Below, piece after piece: positions 61,978 to 64,000 of a stretch of DNA of 64,000 bases (position 1 is the stretch's first letter; every line of letters starts with the position of its first letter). The notes beneath the pieces are model-generated. The model was given only the letters and a program-made list of their open reading frames with translations. It made no database searches and was not told the DNA's origin. Location of the stretch: positions 15,231,425 through 15,295,424 of the forward strand of contig NC_068984.1 of assembly GCF_001194135.2 (NCBI RefSeq), read 5' to 3'. The stretch comes from Octopus bimaculoides (taxonomy: Eukaryota). Position numbers and translations under genes: made by a program.

Positions 61978-63479
61978 ATGAGGGTTTAGTTCACAGGTGG
62001 TCTAAACGATTAGCTACACTAGGTAAGTGCTCTTTCTTAAGATTACTAGGGCTCCAAGGTTATAGCCATTGTTTTAGCATCTATTTTTCATTGCTTCCAT
62101 GGGGTCAGATAGACTTGGTTAAGGTAGATTTTCTATACTCAGTTATTCTTTCTGCTGCTAACCCTCACCTGTTTCCAAGATGATATTTCTCCATGGCCAG
62201 ACGTGTGTGTGTGTGTGAGTGTGTAACAGTAGCAAGGTCACTCTTGAGTTTTATCGAAAGTGAACAATGAGCAACTGAAATAATAAAGAAGCATTATCAG
62301 GTCTTGAAGAGGAAGGCTTGAGATGCAGTTTTTGCAAAGCAAGAATATGTGATTGCCATGAGAGACCAGATTGTGAGGCCAAACTTCTGTAGCTTGTTTA
62401 AAAATTTTTAGATGAACATTGTATGTAGTAATTCAGTCCTTGTGATAATAAAGGACATGATATATTTAAAAGATGTTTTTAGAATTTCTCTTCATAACGG
62501 TATGGTGTGAGATGTCTAAGATGTTTATTTGTAAGAGATTATGGCTAAATGAATGGTGTATTATCTGCATAGCATGTGGTTAGAATTAACAATGTATAGA
62601 AGGAAGAAATTAGGAGAAATAACTGAACCTTGACATACACCAAAGTCAAAAGAATACCAGTCAGTGAGTTCCTAGTTTAAAAACTTCAGACCCAGGAGAT
62701 GGATGGAAGTTATATTTGGTTGGGGCATAACTATTGTGGCTTTTTTAAAAAAAATTTTAGTCAACAGAAACAATAACAACATGTAACAAAAACATCTTTA
62801 AATGATTATTCCGGAGCCTATTTCACCATTTACTTCAATTACTGCTTCCCATTTGCTTGGCAGATGGTCAGATCATCATTTAAAGATGTTTTTGTTAAAT
62901 AGTGTTATTGTTTTTGTTGAATAAAATTTGTTGAGAAGAAACCACAATAATTACACACCAACCCAATAGTTATGCAACTAAACTTGACAATTCCCATGTC
63001 AGGTCCAACCAAAGTCTTTGGGCAACAACATCGCTTTCAACAAAGTTTTCAGAAAAAGGGAGAGAGAGATCACTGGTGTGTGTGTGCGCGTGTTTTACTT
63101 TCCCGCTGATTCTGTTATAAGTATTTCACTGGTCAGTGTGTACACTCTATATTTGTAACAGTGGGGGACTTGATCTGCATGTTGATAATATTCTTCACCT
63201 GAATAAATGGAAGTAAACAAATTAGAAGTTTCGGAATTGTTGATTCTGATTTTATGAGAAATCAAGAGACACACTTAAAAGAATGACATTGCTTTCAAAT
63301 TTTGGTGCAGGGCCAGCAATTTCATGGCAGTGACTAAGTCTCAACTGGTACTTATTTTATCAACTCCGAAACAATGAAAGGCAAAGTAGACCTTGGTGGA
63401 GTTTGAACTCAGAATGTAAAGATGGACGAAATGCCACTAAGCATTTTGCCCTGTGTTTGTGGGAGATGTGAGAAAGGAG

Positions 63480-64000
63480 CTGGAGGGCTGGTGGAACCAA
63501 TGGAAATGTTATGTGACAAGGTGGAAATGGTGAGAGGGTTTTGTTATTTGGGAGATGTAGTGGATGTGAAGCAGCTGTGACATCAAGAGCAAAACTTGAC
63601 TGGGTGAAGTTCAGGGGATGTGGACCACTGTTATATGGGAAAAGGTTCTCATTGAAGACGAAAGGAAGAGTCTATAGTTGTGTGAGAGCTGTAAGGCTGT
63701 ATGGGAGTGAGACATGGTGTCTGAGGGAGAGAAAGATGACAATTTTGAGAAGGACTGAGAGAGCAATGGTGAGAGAAATGTGTGGTGTGAGGCTGTTTGA
63801 TAAGAGGAGGACTGTGGACTTGATGGGGATGCTGGGGTTGGATGAATTGCTGGAACGGCCGGCATGGATGAATGGAGTGCAGTGGTATGGGCATGTGTTG
63901 AGGGATGAGGAGCAGGTTCTGAGGTGGGTGCTTGGGTTTGAGGTAAATGGACCGCGGAAGTAAGGTAGACTGAGAAAAACGTGGAGGGGACAGGTGGAGG
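63480..64000 (+). mobile_element. RTE LINE RT C-terminal fragment running off the window end
   Basis: LKTKGRVYSCVRAVRLYGSETWCL, RRTERAMVREMCGV, WYGHVLR, GPRK.GR.RKTW. Confidence 0.8.

Overview
AT-rich, repeat-dense animal genomic DNA with assembly gaps. The repeat families and gene style suggest a cephalopod (octopus); this is inferred, not proven. Two protein-coding genes lie on the minus strand. (1) NRF1/erect-wing has 8 coding exons (17043..5818) that I spliced by hand with GT-AG sites and consistent phases into a 480-aa protein. It has a CpG-rich 5' region at about 22.3-23.7 kb and probably a 3' UTR of about 5.6 kb. (2) MCM6 (825 aa) has only two coding exons (41958..40057 and 38739..38164), a candidate non-coding first exon ending at 47936, and twin E2F sites. 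The rest is tRNA-derived SINEs, RTE-type LINE fragments and 3' tails, a deleted mariner, hAT- and TTAA-type MITEs, and Merlin (IS1595-like) transposase relics. The most interesting signal is a small retroelement found at three loci (33.4, 39.2 and 55.8 kb). It consists of two back-to-back tRNA-like Pol III heads. Each complete arm then carries a minimal type I hammerhead ribozyme motif (GACAC-CTGATGA-A-GGCTG/CAGCC-GAAAC-GTT-GTGTT) with a palindromic stem III, and the right arm ends in a 3' stem-loop. The head-to-head junction is conserved at all three loci and one copy has a 13-bp TSD. The best copy sits in the only coding intron of MCM6, which appears to match the position of human MCM6 intron 13. 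No single copy has a fully intact ribozyme fold; only the consensus does. Repeat boundaries are approximate and read by eye.
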